Of a DNA stretch of 64,000 nucleotides, positions 45,707 to 55,415 are shown one piece after another (position 1 is the stretch's first letter; each line of letters starts with the position of its first letter). Source of the stretch: Candidatus Moraniibacteriota bacterium (lineage in GTDB: Bacteria > Patescibacteriota > Minisyncoccia > Moranbacterales > GCA-2747515); NCBI GenBank assembly GCA_046116545.1, contig CP175956.1, forward strand, positions 513,734-577,733, read 5' to 3'. The notes beneath the pieces were generated by a model. The model ran no database searches. It was not told the DNA's origin and worked only from the letters and a program-made list of their open reading frames with translations. Position numbers and translations under genes: made by a program.

Positions 45707-46393
45707 TTGATGACGATGAAAACACAAAGTATGTGTGGTAGAACATGGTATTTTTTGTCACAAATCTTATTATTTTTTGGATCTGAAAAATTAGCTAATC
45801 ATAGTTTGGTAAAATGTGAAAAGGACAATTATGAATTAACTGTAGAAATAGCAGATTTAAGAGATACAGTGGAAAAAATAACAGAATACCTAGCAAAAGA
45901 AAAAGAAAAGAATAATAAAGATTTTTTGACAGGTCTTTATAACAGATCTTTTTTGCAGGAGACTGGTACGGAAATAATAAAAAATTGTCAAAGACAAAAT
46001 CAACCATGGGGAATAATATTTATAGATATTGATGACTTTAAATCGGTAAATGATACAATGGGTCATGATGTTGGTGACGGTGTCTTGGTAGAATTTGCAA
46101 AAGCATTGAGGAAATGCTCTAGGTCTGGAGATTTTTGCATTAGACTTGGAGGAGATGAATTTGTAGTATTGTTTTCTAATATAGATAGTTATGAAAATTT
46201 AGTTATATTTGCAAATAGGTTAAGTGATTTTGTAGAAGAAGCATTTGAAAAAACTTTTAAAATAACATTAAGTATAGGATGTAATTTTGTTGAAAAAGGG
46301 AGTCTTACGTCAATTGATAATGCTCTAAAAAGAGCAGATAAAGCAATGTATCATTCAAAAAGTAATGGTAAAAATCAAGCTCATTGCGCATAA
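45707..46393 (+). CDS. GGDEF-domain diguanylate cyclase with N-terminal TM/coiled coil
   Basis: 228 aa. ...GLYNRSFL...IFIDIDDFKSVNDTMGHDVGD...RLGGDEFVV... with an intact GGDEF. Confidence 0.85.
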   Translation: MMTMKTQSMCGRTWYFLSQILLFFGSEKLANHSLVKCEKDNYELTVEIADLRDTVEKITEYLAKEKEKNNKDFLTGLYNRSFLQETGTEIIKNCQRQNQPWGIIFIDIDDFKSVNDTMGHDVGDGVLVEFAKALRKCSRSGDFCIRLGGDEFVVLFSNIDSYENLVIFANRLSDFVEEAFEKTFKITLSIGCNFVEKGSLTSIDNALKRADKAMYHSKSNGKNQAHCA

Positions 46394-46396
46394 TAC

Positions 46397-46432
46397 AAAA
46401 CACTCAGATTTATTGAATCTGAGTGTTTTTTT
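46397..46432 (+). terminator. Rho-independent terminator
   Basis: aaaacactcagatttattgaatctgagtgttttttt. Confidence 0.7.
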
Positions 46433-46486
46433 CTTGCTTTAAGACCTTTTTTCATCTATGCTAATAAATATATTAATATTGAAATT

Positions 46487-47908
46487 ATGAATAAAAACTT
46501 TTATATCACAACAACACTCCCTTATGTGAATGCAGCGCCGCACATAGGTTTTGCAAGTGAAATTATTTATGCAGATGTGCGAGCACGGTTTGAAAAATCT
46601 ATTGGAAATAATGTGATTTTTAATACTGGGACAGATGAGCATGGTGCAAAAATTTGGCAAAATGCTAGTGATGCAGAAAGTGATCCTCAGGAATATGTAG
46701 ATGAATATGCAGCAACATTTGATGAATTGAAGCAAATGTTGAATTTGAGTTATACAAATTTTGTGAGAACTACAGATAAGAATCATATTACAGCAGCGCA
46801 AGAAATTTGGAAAAGAGTGAATGATAATGGATTTATTTACAAAAAACAGTATAGCGTAAAGTATTGTGTAGGTTGTGAATTAGAAAAAACTGATAGTGAT
46901 TTAGAAAAGGGAGAATGTCCATTGCATCCTGGTAAAGAACTTGAATTAATAGAAGAAGAAAATTATTTTTTCAAATTTAGTGAGTTTGGAGATAAACTAT
47001 TGGATTTGTATAAAGATAATCCCGAGTTTGTAGTGCCACAAAAAAGATTAAATGAAATTAGTGCATTTGTAGAGCGAGGATTACAAGATTTTTCAATTTC
47101 AAGAGTGGCTAGTAAAATGCCTTGGGGAGTGTCTGTGCCAGGAGATGATACTCAGGTTATGTATGTGTGGTTTGACGCACTTACAAACTATATTTCTACA
47201 CTAGGTTGGCCAAAAGATACAGAAAACTTTGAAAACTTTTGGGGGACTATAGAGAGTCCAAATGCAATCCAAATCGCAGGTAAAGATAACTTGCGACAAC
47301 AAAGTGCTATGTGGCAAGCAATGCTCATGGCTGCGGATTTACCAACAAGTAAACAAGTTTTTATAAATGGATTTATAGGTGTGGATGGGCAAAAAATGAG
47401 TAAATCAATAGGGAATGTAATAGCACCTAGTGAAATGGTAGAAAAATATGGAATAGATGGAACTAGATATCTATTGCTAACAAAAGGAACTTTTGGAGAG
47501 GATAACGATATATCTTGGGAAAAGCTTGATGCAAAATATAATGCAGATTTGGCTAATGGACTAGGAAATCTGACAGCAAGAATTATTACGCTTGCAGGTG
47601 ATATCGAATTTGAAAAACCAGAAGTTGATATAAAACAATTGGAAAGCAATATAAATAAAATGGCACTCAATAGTGCACTTGAAAGTATCTGGAAAATTGT
47701 AGAAATTGCAAATAAACATATAGAAGAAACAAAACCATGGGAACTTCGAAAAAATGATGAAAAGGAATTTGAAGTTGTAATGAAAAAGCTTTTAGTTGAT
47801 TTGAATACAATTTCAATTTTGATAGAATCATTTTTACCAGAAACGGCTCAGAGAATTCAGGATGCTTTGCAAAACCGTGAACGAGTAATTCTTTTTGAGA
47901 GGTTATAA
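46487..47908 (+). CDS. metG: Methionyl-tRNA synthetase (short form, no C-terminal tRNA-binding extension)
   Basis: 473 aa. PYVNAAPHIGF (HIGH-region variant), CxxC...CP zinc knuckle, KMSKS. Confidence 0.85.
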   Translation: MNKNFYITTTLPYVNAAPHIGFASEIIYADVRARFEKSIGNNVIFNTGTDEHGAKIWQNASDAESDPQEYVDEYAATFDELKQMLNLSYTNFVRTTDKNHITAAQEIWKRVNDNGFIYKKQYSVKYCVGCELEKTDSDLEKGECPLHPGKELELIEEENYFFKFSEFGDKLLDLYKDNPEFVVPQKRLNEISAFVERGLQDFSISRVASKMPWGVSVPGDDTQVMYVWFDALTNYISTLGWPKDTENFENFWGTIESPNAIQIAGKDNLRQQSAMWQAMLMAADLPTSKQVFINGFIGVDGQKMSKSIGNVIAPSEMVEKYGIDGTRYLLLTKGTFGEDNDISWEKLDAKYNADLANGLGNLTARIITLAGDIEFEKPEVDIKQLESNINKMALNSALESIWKIVEIANKHIEETKPWELRKNDEKEFEVVMKKLLVDLNTISILIESFLPETAQRIQDALQNRERVILFERL

Positions 47909-47933
47909 TAATTTAAGTCAGGCAAGTTTTGTT

Positions 47934-48527
47934 ATGAAAATAATTCAAATAGTAATTACAATTTTTGCACTATCTTTAGCAGCTGTTCATATATTTTTGC
48001 CAAATTTAAAAATTGATGCAATTACAATAACTCTTGTAGTTATTGCAATTATTCCTTGGCTTGCTCCATTAATTAAAACTTTGGAATTTCCAGGCGGCTG
48101 GAAGGTTGAATTTAGTGAAAAATTGAAAAAAGTTGAGATAGATGTGGAAAAAGCTGGTTTAATTGATGAACAACTGGTTGGGGATATTCAAAAGTATTCA
48201 TTTACAAATGTGGCTGATTCAAATGTAGCACTTATGCTTGCAGGTCTCAGAATTGAATTAGAAAAAAGTTTAAAGGTGTTGGCAAAGTGTCATAATATTG
48301 AACTACATAGATATAACAGTATCGCAGTCGTAATAATTAAATTACATAAATTAGATATTATTTCAGATGAGGAACAATATATTTTAAATGAAACAATAGG
48401 AATTTTAAATCGTGCTGTACATGGTGAATATATTGATTACCAAGAGGCACAAAGGGTTAAATCTGTTGGTTTAAAAGTGTTGGGTGAATTTGAAAAAAAA
48501 ATAATTGAAAATAAATTATGCAAATAA
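47934..48527 (+). CDS. Membrane-anchored hypothetical protein
   Basis: Two N-terminal TM helices, then a helical domain. Start set at MKIIQIV... instead of ORF-track 47895 to avoid overlap with metG. Confidence 0.35.
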   Translation: MKIIQIVITIFALSLAAVHIFLPNLKIDAITITLVVIAIIPWLAPLIKTLEFPGGWKVEFSEKLKKVEIDVEKAGLIDEQLVGDIQKYSFTNVADSNVALMLAGLRIELEKSLKVLAKCHNIELHRYNSIAVVIIKLHKLDIISDEEQYILNETIGILNRAVHGEYIDYQEAQRVKSVGLKVLGEFEKKIIENKLCK

Positions 48528-49360
48528 TAGACTCACACGCACATGTGCATGATAAAAAATTTGATGAAGATCGTGAAGCTGTAATTCAACGGTCTTTTGA
48601 TGATGGGGTGGAAAAAATTATTACTGTTGGCACAAATGAAAAGACATCTTTTGAGGCGATTGAACTTGCCCAGAAGTATGAAAATATTTATGCAACAATT
48701 GGGTTACATCCGTTGCACTTATTTGAGGCTAGTAATTGTGATCCTGAAGAGCAATTTGTAGAGGATTTTGATTATGATAAGTATTTGCAATTGGCAAAAA
48801 ATGAAAATGTTGTAGCTATTGGAGAAGTTGGGTTGGATTATCATCATTTTGGAGAAGGTGATGATGTGGAAACTATTAAAAAAGAACAACGGAGAGTTTT
48901 TATTGAGTTTATTAATATTTGTAAAGAGGTGAAAAAGCCTATTGTTGTGCATTGTTGGGATGGTTATGGTGAGTTGTTGGAGATTTTAGCACAAAACCCC
49001 CTCTGTTCTTCGGACATCTCCCCCTCAAGGAAGGGGAGAGGATATGGTGTAATTCATAGTTATATTGGTAGTTGGAAGAATGCGGAGAAATTTATTGAAT
49101 TGGGTTATAAGATTGGATTAAATGGAATTGCAACTTATGGTGAGTCATATGATAAGCTTATTAGAAATATAGATTTGAAGGATTTACTTATTGAAACAGA
49201 TGCTCCATATTTGCCACCACGACCCTTACTACGAGAAAATAGATGTGAGCCAAAGGATGTTAGATTAGTGGCAGAGAAAATTGCACAAGTAAAGGAAATT
49301 AATGTGGGAGAAGTCATCAAACAAATTACAAAAAATACTGAAGAATTATTTAAAATATAA
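48518..49360 (+). CDS. tatD: TatD-family metal-dependent DNase, with an in-frame repeat-derived insertion
   Basis: 280 aa. IDSHAHVH...(TatD motif)...GEVGLDY...; the segment NPLCSSDISPSRKGRGY is encoded by a repeat family A copy. Confidence 0.8.
   Translation: MQIIDSHAHVHDKKFDEDREAVIQRSFDDGVEKIITVGTNEKTSFEAIELAQKYENIYATIGLHPLHLFEASNCDPEEQFVEDFDYDKYLQLAKNENVVAIGEVGLDYHHFGEGDDVETIKKEQRRVFIEFINICKEVKKPIVVHCWDGYGELLEILAQNPLCSSDISPSRKGRGYGVIHSYIGSWKNAEKFIELGYKIGLNGIATYGESYDKLIRNIDLKDLLIETDAPYLPPRPLLRENRCEPKDVRLVAEKIAQVKEINVGEVIKQITKNTEELFKI
48994..49028. repeat. Dispersed ~35-nt repeat, family A (copy 2, in-frame inside tatD)
   Basis: aaaccccctctgttcttcggacatctccccctcaa. 32/35 identical to 32536-32570. 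Followed by the ggaaggggagag inverted partner of ctcccc. Confidence 0.6.
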
Positions 49361-49438
49361 AATAGGAAAATGCCTAAAATGAATGATGGAATAATAATTT
49401 TTTAGGACATGCTATAATATAGGCGGTTAATATTAATT

Positions 49439-50260
49439 TTGAATATTATGAACATGGAAGCAAATTTTTTTAATAATTCAAGTGAAGAAAAGGATTTGAG
49501 TGAAATTGAGAAAAAAAGAAAAAGAGTTGAACAACTAGGAGAGGCTGACACTTCATATGAAGATTCTAAATATGATCTTGCAAAAAGAGAGGGTGAAAAG
49601 AGGGAGAAGTTTGTAAAAATGGGGATTGCTACTGAAAATATTGAAGAATTAGCAGATGATTTTTCTGATGAAACTTTGATGGCTATGGAAAATGAAAAAG
49701 CAAAGGGTTTGGATGATTTAACAGGTTTGAAAAATAGGAATGCATATAACAATGACATTCCAACTTTTGTTGAAATGAGTAAAAGAGAGGGTCATGATAG
49801 TTCTTTTTTGATGCTTGATTTTGATCACTTTAAACGAGTGAATGATGAACATGGGCATGGAGCAGGTGATACGGCTTTGCAAAAAATATCAGCTATTATC
49901 AAAGATACTGTGAGGGGTTCAGATGTGGTATATCGTTATGGTGGTGAGGAGTTCGTTGTTTTTTTACCAGACACAGACTCACGTGGTGCACAGGAAACAG
50001 CTGAAAAAATAAGACGTGCCGTAGAAGATGCTGAGATTGTAGTTGTGGATAATGATAGTAATGAAGAAATTACTTTAAAAAAGACGATAAGTGTGGGATG
50101 CGTCGGCACGGATCAAATTGAAAATTGGAAAAACATTGATAGTGAAAAGTTTGCAGGTGTTATTGCTGGATATGCAGATCGTGCATTGTACGCCTCAAAA
50201 GAAAATGGAAGAAATCAAGTCACTATGTTTAGCGAGAGTTTGAAAGAAATAAAAAAATAA
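49439..50260 (+). CDS. GGDEF-domain diguanylate cyclase (GGEEF variant) with N-terminal coiled-coil region
   Basis: 273 aa. ...LTGLKNRNAY...LMLDFDHFKRVNDEHGHGAGD...RYGGEEFVV.... Confidence 0.85.
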   Translation: MNIMNMEANFFNNSSEEKDLSEIEKKRKRVEQLGEADTSYEDSKYDLAKREGEKREKFVKMGIATENIEELADDFSDETLMAMENEKAKGLDDLTGLKNRNAYNNDIPTFVEMSKREGHDSSFLMLDFDHFKRVNDEHGHGAGDTALQKISAIIKDTVRGSDVVYRYGGEEFVVFLPDTDSRGAQETAEKIRRAVEDAEIVVVDNDSNEEITLKKTISVGCVGTDQIENWKNIDSEKFAGVIAGYADRALYASKENGRNQVTMFSESLKEIKK

Positions 50261-50273
50261 ATACAAGATTCAA

Positions 50274-50308
50274 ATAAAAACACACTACATATAGTGTGTT
50301 TTTATTTT
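50274..50308 (+). terminator. Rho-independent terminator
   Basis: aaaaacacactacatatagtgtgttttt + attttat. Confidence 0.7.
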
Positions 50309-50389
50309 ATATTTATACAACTTGGGGTGTTGACGAAAGTTTGTGAAGTGATACAATTATAATCCAATAATTAATTAATAATATAAATT

Positions 50390-51010
50390 ATGGCAATGCA
50401 ATGTGAAGATGAAATGGTGTTTATGGAATCATGTTTCAACAATCATCCAGTGATTGGAGAAAAAGTTATTGATAGAGAGTTTGAAATTTTTCAAGGAAAA
50501 ACTTTCAAAAAAACTAAACTGTCAACTTTGTACAAAAATAAGTGGTTGGTATTATTTTTCTATCCAGCAGACTTTACTTTTATTTGTCCTACAGAATTGG
50601 AAGATCTTGCAGCGGCTTATACAAAATTGAAAAAACTTGGTGTAGAAGTTGTGACTGTATCAACTGATACAGTATTTACTCATAAAGCATGGCATGATTC
50701 TTCAGAAGCTATTGGAAAAGTAAAATACCCAATGGCAGCAGATCCAACAGGACAACTATGTCGTGATTTTGGAGTTATGATTGAAGATGAGGGATTAGCA
50801 CTTCGTGGTACATTTATTATCAATCCAAAAGGAGAATTGAAAGCAATGGAAGTACATGATAATAGTATTGGACGAGATGTTGATGAATTGATTAGAAAAA
50901 TTCAAGCAGCGCAATTTGTAGAAAAAAATAAAGGACAAGTTTGTCCTGCTAAATGGACTCCAGGAGCAAAGACTTTGAAACCTGGTATAAACTTGGTAGG
51001 AAAAATATAA
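50390..51010 (+). CDS. Typical 2-Cys peroxiredoxin (AhpC/Prx1 family)
   Basis: FTFICPTEL peroxidatic Cys motif and C-terminal GQVCPAKW resolving Cys. Confidence 0.85.
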   Translation: MAMQCEDEMVFMESCFNNHPVIGEKVIDREFEIFQGKTFKKTKLSTLYKNKWLVLFFYPADFTFICPTELEDLAAAYTKLKKLGVEVVTVSTDTVFTHKAWHDSSEAIGKVKYPMAADPTGQLCRDFGVMIEDEGLALRGTFIINPKGELKAMEVHDNSIGRDVDELIRKIQAAQFVEKNKGQVCPAKWTPGAKTLKPGINLVGKI

Positions 51011-51016
51011 TTTTAG

Positions 51017-51110
51017 TGTCTTTGCGAGGAGGTACGACGAAGCAATCTTAAAAAGTATTTATAAATACTACTGAGATTGCCACGTCGCTAAATGCTTCTC
51101 GCAATGACAT
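51017..51110. repeat. Repeat family B, palindromic copy (two inverted arms around an AT palindrome)
   Basis: Left arm tgtctttgcgaggaggtacgacgaagcaatc. Right arm gattgccacgtcgctaaatgcttctcgcaatgaca is its imperfect reverse complement. Central agtatttataaatact. Confidence 0.55.
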
Positions 51111-51186
51111 GTTTTATATACAAATAGGGGGCATCTGTTTAATTTACAGACAGTTGCCTCTTCTTTTGACCCTTAAAACATAAAAT

Positions 51187-53811
51187 ATGACAATAACAAA
51201 GATAAAAAAGAGAAATAAGAAAGTTGTGGATTTTGATAGAAATCGTATTGAGATTGCTATTGAGAAAGCTTGTACGGAGGTTGGAGAGATAGATAAGTCA
51301 TTTATCAAGCCACTTACAGATGAGATAATTCATGATTTAGAATATTCTTTTGAAGATGATTGTAATGAGATATCACCAACTGTTGAAGATGTCCAAGATA
51401 TTATAGAGAGACATTTAGTAAGTGCAAACAAATATGAAGTAGTAAAAGCATATATTTTGTATAGGGCAGGACGAGGTGAAGAACGTGCTGAAAAAGAACA
51501 GGATTTGAAAGAGCAATTTGAACAACACACTTTGAAGGTTATTAAAGATGATGGTTCAAGGGAAAATTTCAATAATAACAAGATAAAAAAAGTACTTGAT
51601 AGAGCGACTATTGGATATAAGAGACAGTGTACATTTAAAGTTTTTACGCAAGCATTTAAGAAAAATATTGTAGAAGATATTAAAACTTCAGACATAAACA
51701 AATTGATGATAAAAACTTGCATTGATTTAGTTAGTGTCGAAAATATACATTGGCAACATGTAGCTGCTCGTATTTTTGTAAGTAATTTGTATAAACAAGC
51801 TACTAGGAATAGGGATATGTCAATGAAAGAGCTTTATACACCAGAAGCATATAAAGATTTATTTGATGAATACATTGAAAATGGATTATATTATAAAGAT
51901 TTTTATAAATATTATTCAGAAGAAGATATTTTAAAAGCTGGAAAGTTGCTTAGTGAAAATACTGATAAGTCTTATGAATACACGACTGTATTATCATTAG
52001 AAAAAAGATATCTATTAAATCCAAATGGAGTTGTAAAAGAATTACCTCAAGAATTATACATGTCTGTTGCACTTTTTCTGGCTATTCCAGAGTCTGATGA
52101 GAATAGATTAAAATTTGCTATGAAGCTATATAAGCATTGCAGTGAGCAGAGAATTTCTCTACCTACTCCAACACTATTAAATGCTAGAACGAACTACAAT
52201 CAACTCTCAAGTTGTTTTAAAGCTAACGTAGATGATGATTTGCGAGCTATTTTTCATAGTTTTGAGAATATGGCACAAATATCAAAATTTGGTGGTGGTG
52301 TAGGTGTTTATTGGGGAAATATTCGTGCCAGAGGGGGATCTATTAGAGGTGTTTATGGAGCAAGTGGAGGCGTGAATCCTTGGATAAAAATTGTAAATGA
52401 TACAGCCATTGCTGTAAATCAGTTAGGTTCTAGACTCGGTGCTATTTCTGTGACTTTGGATGTATGGCATTTAGATATACATGACTTTTTAGATTTGCAG
52501 ACAGAAACAGGGGATATACGATCAAAAGCTTTTGATGTTTTTCCAGCTGTTTCAATGCCTGATATTTTCATGAGGAGAGTGCAAAATGATGAGGAATGGA
52601 CACTTTTTGATCCACATGAGATCAATGAAAAATACGGCAAAAAATTACAAGATAATTTTGGGGATGAATTTGAAAAGTTTTATGAAGAACTTGAAAAAGA
52701 TGATGAGCTAAAAATGAAAAAAACAGTTTCTGCAAAAGATCTATTTAAAAAGTTTATGAAGATAGCTGTTGAAACGGGTATGCCCTATGTGTTTTTTCGA
52801 GATACTATAAATGCAGTGAATCCAAATAAGCATGCTGGAAATATTTATAGTTCACAACTTTGTACTGAAATTTGTCAAAATACTTCTCCAACTAAATTTA
52901 TAGAAGAGGTAATTGAAGATGGAAAGATTGTTATAAGATATGAGCCTGGAGATTTTGTAGTTTGTAATCTTGCTTCTATAAATGTTGCGAAGGTTTATGA
53001 AGAAAAAGTAATTGCAGATGTGATACCAACTGTTATGCGAGTTTTGGACAATGTGATAACGCTTAATTATTATCCTATAAAAGAAGCAGAAAGAACTGCT
53101 ATGAGATACAGAAGTGTTGGTTTGGGATATTTAGGACTTGCTGAGTATTTGGCAACTAGAAAAATAGCGTATGAAACACAAGAAGCGCGTGACGAAGTAA
53201 ATAAGTTATTTGAAAAATATACGTATCATACATACAGAGCTTCTGCAGATATTGCAATTGAGCGAGGTGCGTATCAATTGTGGGAGGGAAGTGAATATAG
53301 TAAAGGAATATTATTAGGAAGAAAACAGGCTTGGTATACAAAAAATACTGGTAGAGCAGCTGAGTGGAAAAAGCTTTTTACAGATATAAAAAGCACTGGT
53401 GTGAGATTTGGATATCATACAGCGCCTGCACCAAACACTTCAACCGCGGGATTAGTTGGAACTACTGCAGCACTGCTTCCAATTTATAAAAGATATTTTG
53501 TGGAAACAAATTTGTCAGCGCCAACTGTAAGAGTTGCTCCTAAATTGGATAAGGAAAACTTTTGGTATTACAAAGAGTATGTATCAATGGATATGAATGA
53601 TGTAATTGATATGATGAGCGTGATTTATCAATGGGTTGATCAGTCAGTTAGTTTTGAATGGATGATAGATCCATCACGCACAAGTCCAAAGAAATTATAT
53701 GAATATTATATGAATGCATGGGAAAAGAAAATTAAGACAGTGTATTATGTAAGGAGTTTGTCAGGAGAGGTTCAAAAGACAGATAATGTATGCATCAGTT
53801 GTTCAGGTTAA
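51187..53811 (+). CDS. nrdA: Ribonucleoside-diphosphate reductase alpha subunit (class I) with N-terminal ATP-cone
   Basis: 874 aa. ATP-cone VVDFDRNRIEIAIEKA. Catalytic ...SQLCTEI..., C-terminal CxxC tail. Confidence 0.9.
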   Translation: MTITKIKKRNKKVVDFDRNRIEIAIEKACTEVGEIDKSFIKPLTDEIIHDLEYSFEDDCNEISPTVEDVQDIIERHLVSANKYEVVKAYILYRAGRGEERAEKEQDLKEQFEQHTLKVIKDDGSRENFNNNKIKKVLDRATIGYKRQCTFKVFTQAFKKNIVEDIKTSDINKLMIKTCIDLVSVENIHWQHVAARIFVSNLYKQATRNRDMSMKELYTPEAYKDLFDEYIENGLYYKDFYKYYSEEDILKAGKLLSENTDKSYEYTTVLSLEKRYLLNPNGVVKELPQELYMSVALFLAIPESDENRLKFAMKLYKHCSEQRISLPTPTLLNARTNYNQLSSCFKANVDDDLRAIFHSFENMAQISKFGGGVGVYWGNIRARGGSIRGVYGASGGVNPWIKIVNDTAIAVNQLGSRLGAISVTLDVWHLDIHDFLDLQTETGDIRSKAFDVFPAVSMPDIFMRRVQNDEEWTLFDPHEINEKYGKKLQDNFGDEFEKFYEELEKDDELKMKKTVSAKDLFKKFMKIAVETGMPYVFFRDTINAVNPNKHAGNIYSSQLCTEICQNTSPTKFIEEVIEDGKIVIRYEPGDFVVCNLASINVAKVYEEKVIADVIPTVMRVLDNVITLNYYPIKEAERTAMRYRSVGLGYLGLAEYLATRKIAYETQEARDEVNKLFEKYTYHTYRASADIAIERGAYQLWEGSEYSKGILLGRKQAWYTKNTGRAAEWKKLFTDIKSTGVRFGYHTAPAPNTSTAGLVGTTAALLPIYKRYFVETNLSAPTVRVAPKLDKENFWYYKEYVSMDMNDVIDMMSVIYQWVDQSVSFEWMIDPSRTSPKKLYEYYMNAWEKKIKTVYYVRSLSGEVQKTDNVCISCSG

Positions 53812-53836
53812 TTTTTAAAAAAGTATTAAATAGATT

Positions 53837-54877
53837 ATGACAAAATTAAAAAAGAGACCAATATTTAATCCAAAAGGAAATGATGATGTAGAAAAGCGTA
53901 CTATTATAAATGGAAATACTACAGGTTTATTTCAATTGAATGCTACAAAATATCAGTGGGCAACTGCATTGTATCCTGTGATGATTGGAAACTTTTGGGT
54001 TCCAGAAAAAGTATCAGGACTCAAAGATGATGCGCGTATGTTTCAAAAAGATTTAACAAAAGAAGAACAAGAAGCATATAAAGGGATTCTTTCTTTTTTA
54101 ATTTTTCTTGATTCTATTCAAACTGTAAATCTGCCAAATTTTTCAGATTACATAACTTCTCCTGAAGTAAATTTGATTTTATCAATCCAAGCATATCAAG
54201 AAGCAATTCATTCTCAGTCATATGCAACAATTTTAGAGACTGTTGTAGACGGGGAGGATAGGGATGATATATATTATTATTGGCGTGATGATAAAATTTT
54301 GTTGAATAGAAATAAATACATAGGACAAATCTATCAAGATTTTATAGATAATCCAAATGATAAAACTTTTTTCAAAGGTATTGTAGCTAATTATTTATTG
54401 GAGTCGTTATATTTTTATAATGGGTTTGCATTTTTTGATACTCTTGTAGATCATACAAAAATGTTAGCAACTGGTAGAATGATAGCTTATATACGTAGAG
54501 ATGAATTAACGCATGTTACATTATTTGCTCACATTATAAAAGAAATTCAACAAGAGTTTCCAGATATTTATGATGAAAAGGTGATACGTGAAATGACTAA
54601 AATTGCAGTAGAGCAAGAGATTGAATGGAGTAAGCATATACTTGGAAATAAAATACCAGGACTTAACAGTAGGACGACAGTAGATTATACAAGATGGTTG
54701 GCTAATCAAAGAATGGAGTTATTAGGATTGACACCATTATATCCAGAGGCAATTGAAAATCCATATAAACATCTAGATAGACTTCAAGATACAAATAGTG
54801 ATAAAGGAAACTTCTTTGAGTCAACAGTTGTGAATTATACACAATCAAGTAGCATGAATGGAAGTTGGGATTTTTAA
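53837..54877 (+). CDS. nrdB: Ribonucleoside-diphosphate reductase beta subunit
   Basis: 346 aa. Di-iron ligand motifs ...QEAIHSQSY..., ...ESLYF.., ...DELTHV.... Confidence 0.9.
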   Translation: MTKLKKRPIFNPKGNDDVEKRTIINGNTTGLFQLNATKYQWATALYPVMIGNFWVPEKVSGLKDDARMFQKDLTKEEQEAYKGILSFLIFLDSIQTVNLPNFSDYITSPEVNLILSIQAYQEAIHSQSYATILETVVDGEDRDDIYYYWRDDKILLNRNKYIGQIYQDFIDNPNDKTFFKGIVANYLLESLYFYNGFAFFDTLVDHTKMLATGRMIAYIRRDELTHVTLFAHIIKEIQQEFPDIYDEKVIREMTKIAVEQEIEWSKHILGNKIPGLNSRTTVDYTRWLANQRMELLGLTPLYPEAIENPYKHLDRLQDTNSDKGNFFESTVVNYTQSSSMNGSWDF

Positions 54878-54907
54878 GAACGTATAATAATATCTGTGAA
54901 AATGAAA

Positions 54908-54950
54908 AACACCCTCAGCTCATTATGAGTGGGGGTGTTCTATATTTTTT
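54908..54950. terminator. Bidirectional rho-independent terminator
   Basis: aacaccctca-gctcattat-gagtgggggtgtt + tatattttttggg. Confidence 0.65.
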
Positions 54951-54961
54951 GGGACAATGAC

Positions 54962-55321
54962 TTAGTGCGTTGATTTACTGACAAGTGCATGAAATAATGA
55001 TTGTCCAATATTTTGAGTCAGTCCTTGTGCGTAACTAGTAAAATCACGACGTGTCATATTTGATTTGTGTATAACTCGAAGGGCTTTGTGATGTGTATCA
55101 CCTGACTGGTTAGTGAGGAAAATAAAGATAAATCCGGTAACACGACGAGTTCTTTTGGATTTTCCGTTTGATTTTTTATACATGTAACGTTGATGATAAC
55201 TGCGAATCTCACAATGTGTCCATTGGTTAAAGTTTTGTGCAAGTTCTTTTGGAATTTCTGGTTTTACTCGATGTATAGCAGCTTTTTGTAAAGCAACGTT
55301 TACGGTAGCACGTTTTTTCAT
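54962..55321 (-). CDS. Highly basic hypothetical protein next to tRNA-Leu
   Basis: 119-aa K/R-rich ORF. No confident family assignment. Confidence 0.3.
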   Translation of the reverse strand: MKKRATVNVALQKAAIHRVKPEIPKELAQNFNQWTHCEIRSYHQRYMYKKSNGKSKRTRRVTGFIFIFLTNQSGDTHHKALRVIHKSNMTRRDFTSYAQGLTQNIGQSLFHALVSKSTH

Positions 55322-55415
55322 ACCAAACCTCTCTTTTTGGTTGAATTAATAAAAAGAACTATGTAAAAACAAAACAAAGCAATCTTAACTGTAAAATCAC
55401 TTTGTTTTATTTTTG

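Noticed and set aside
49402-49758. 118-aa minus-strand ORF over the start of the second GGDEF gene
   Set aside because: Serine-rich antisense artefact. The GGDEF ORF has intact signature motifs.
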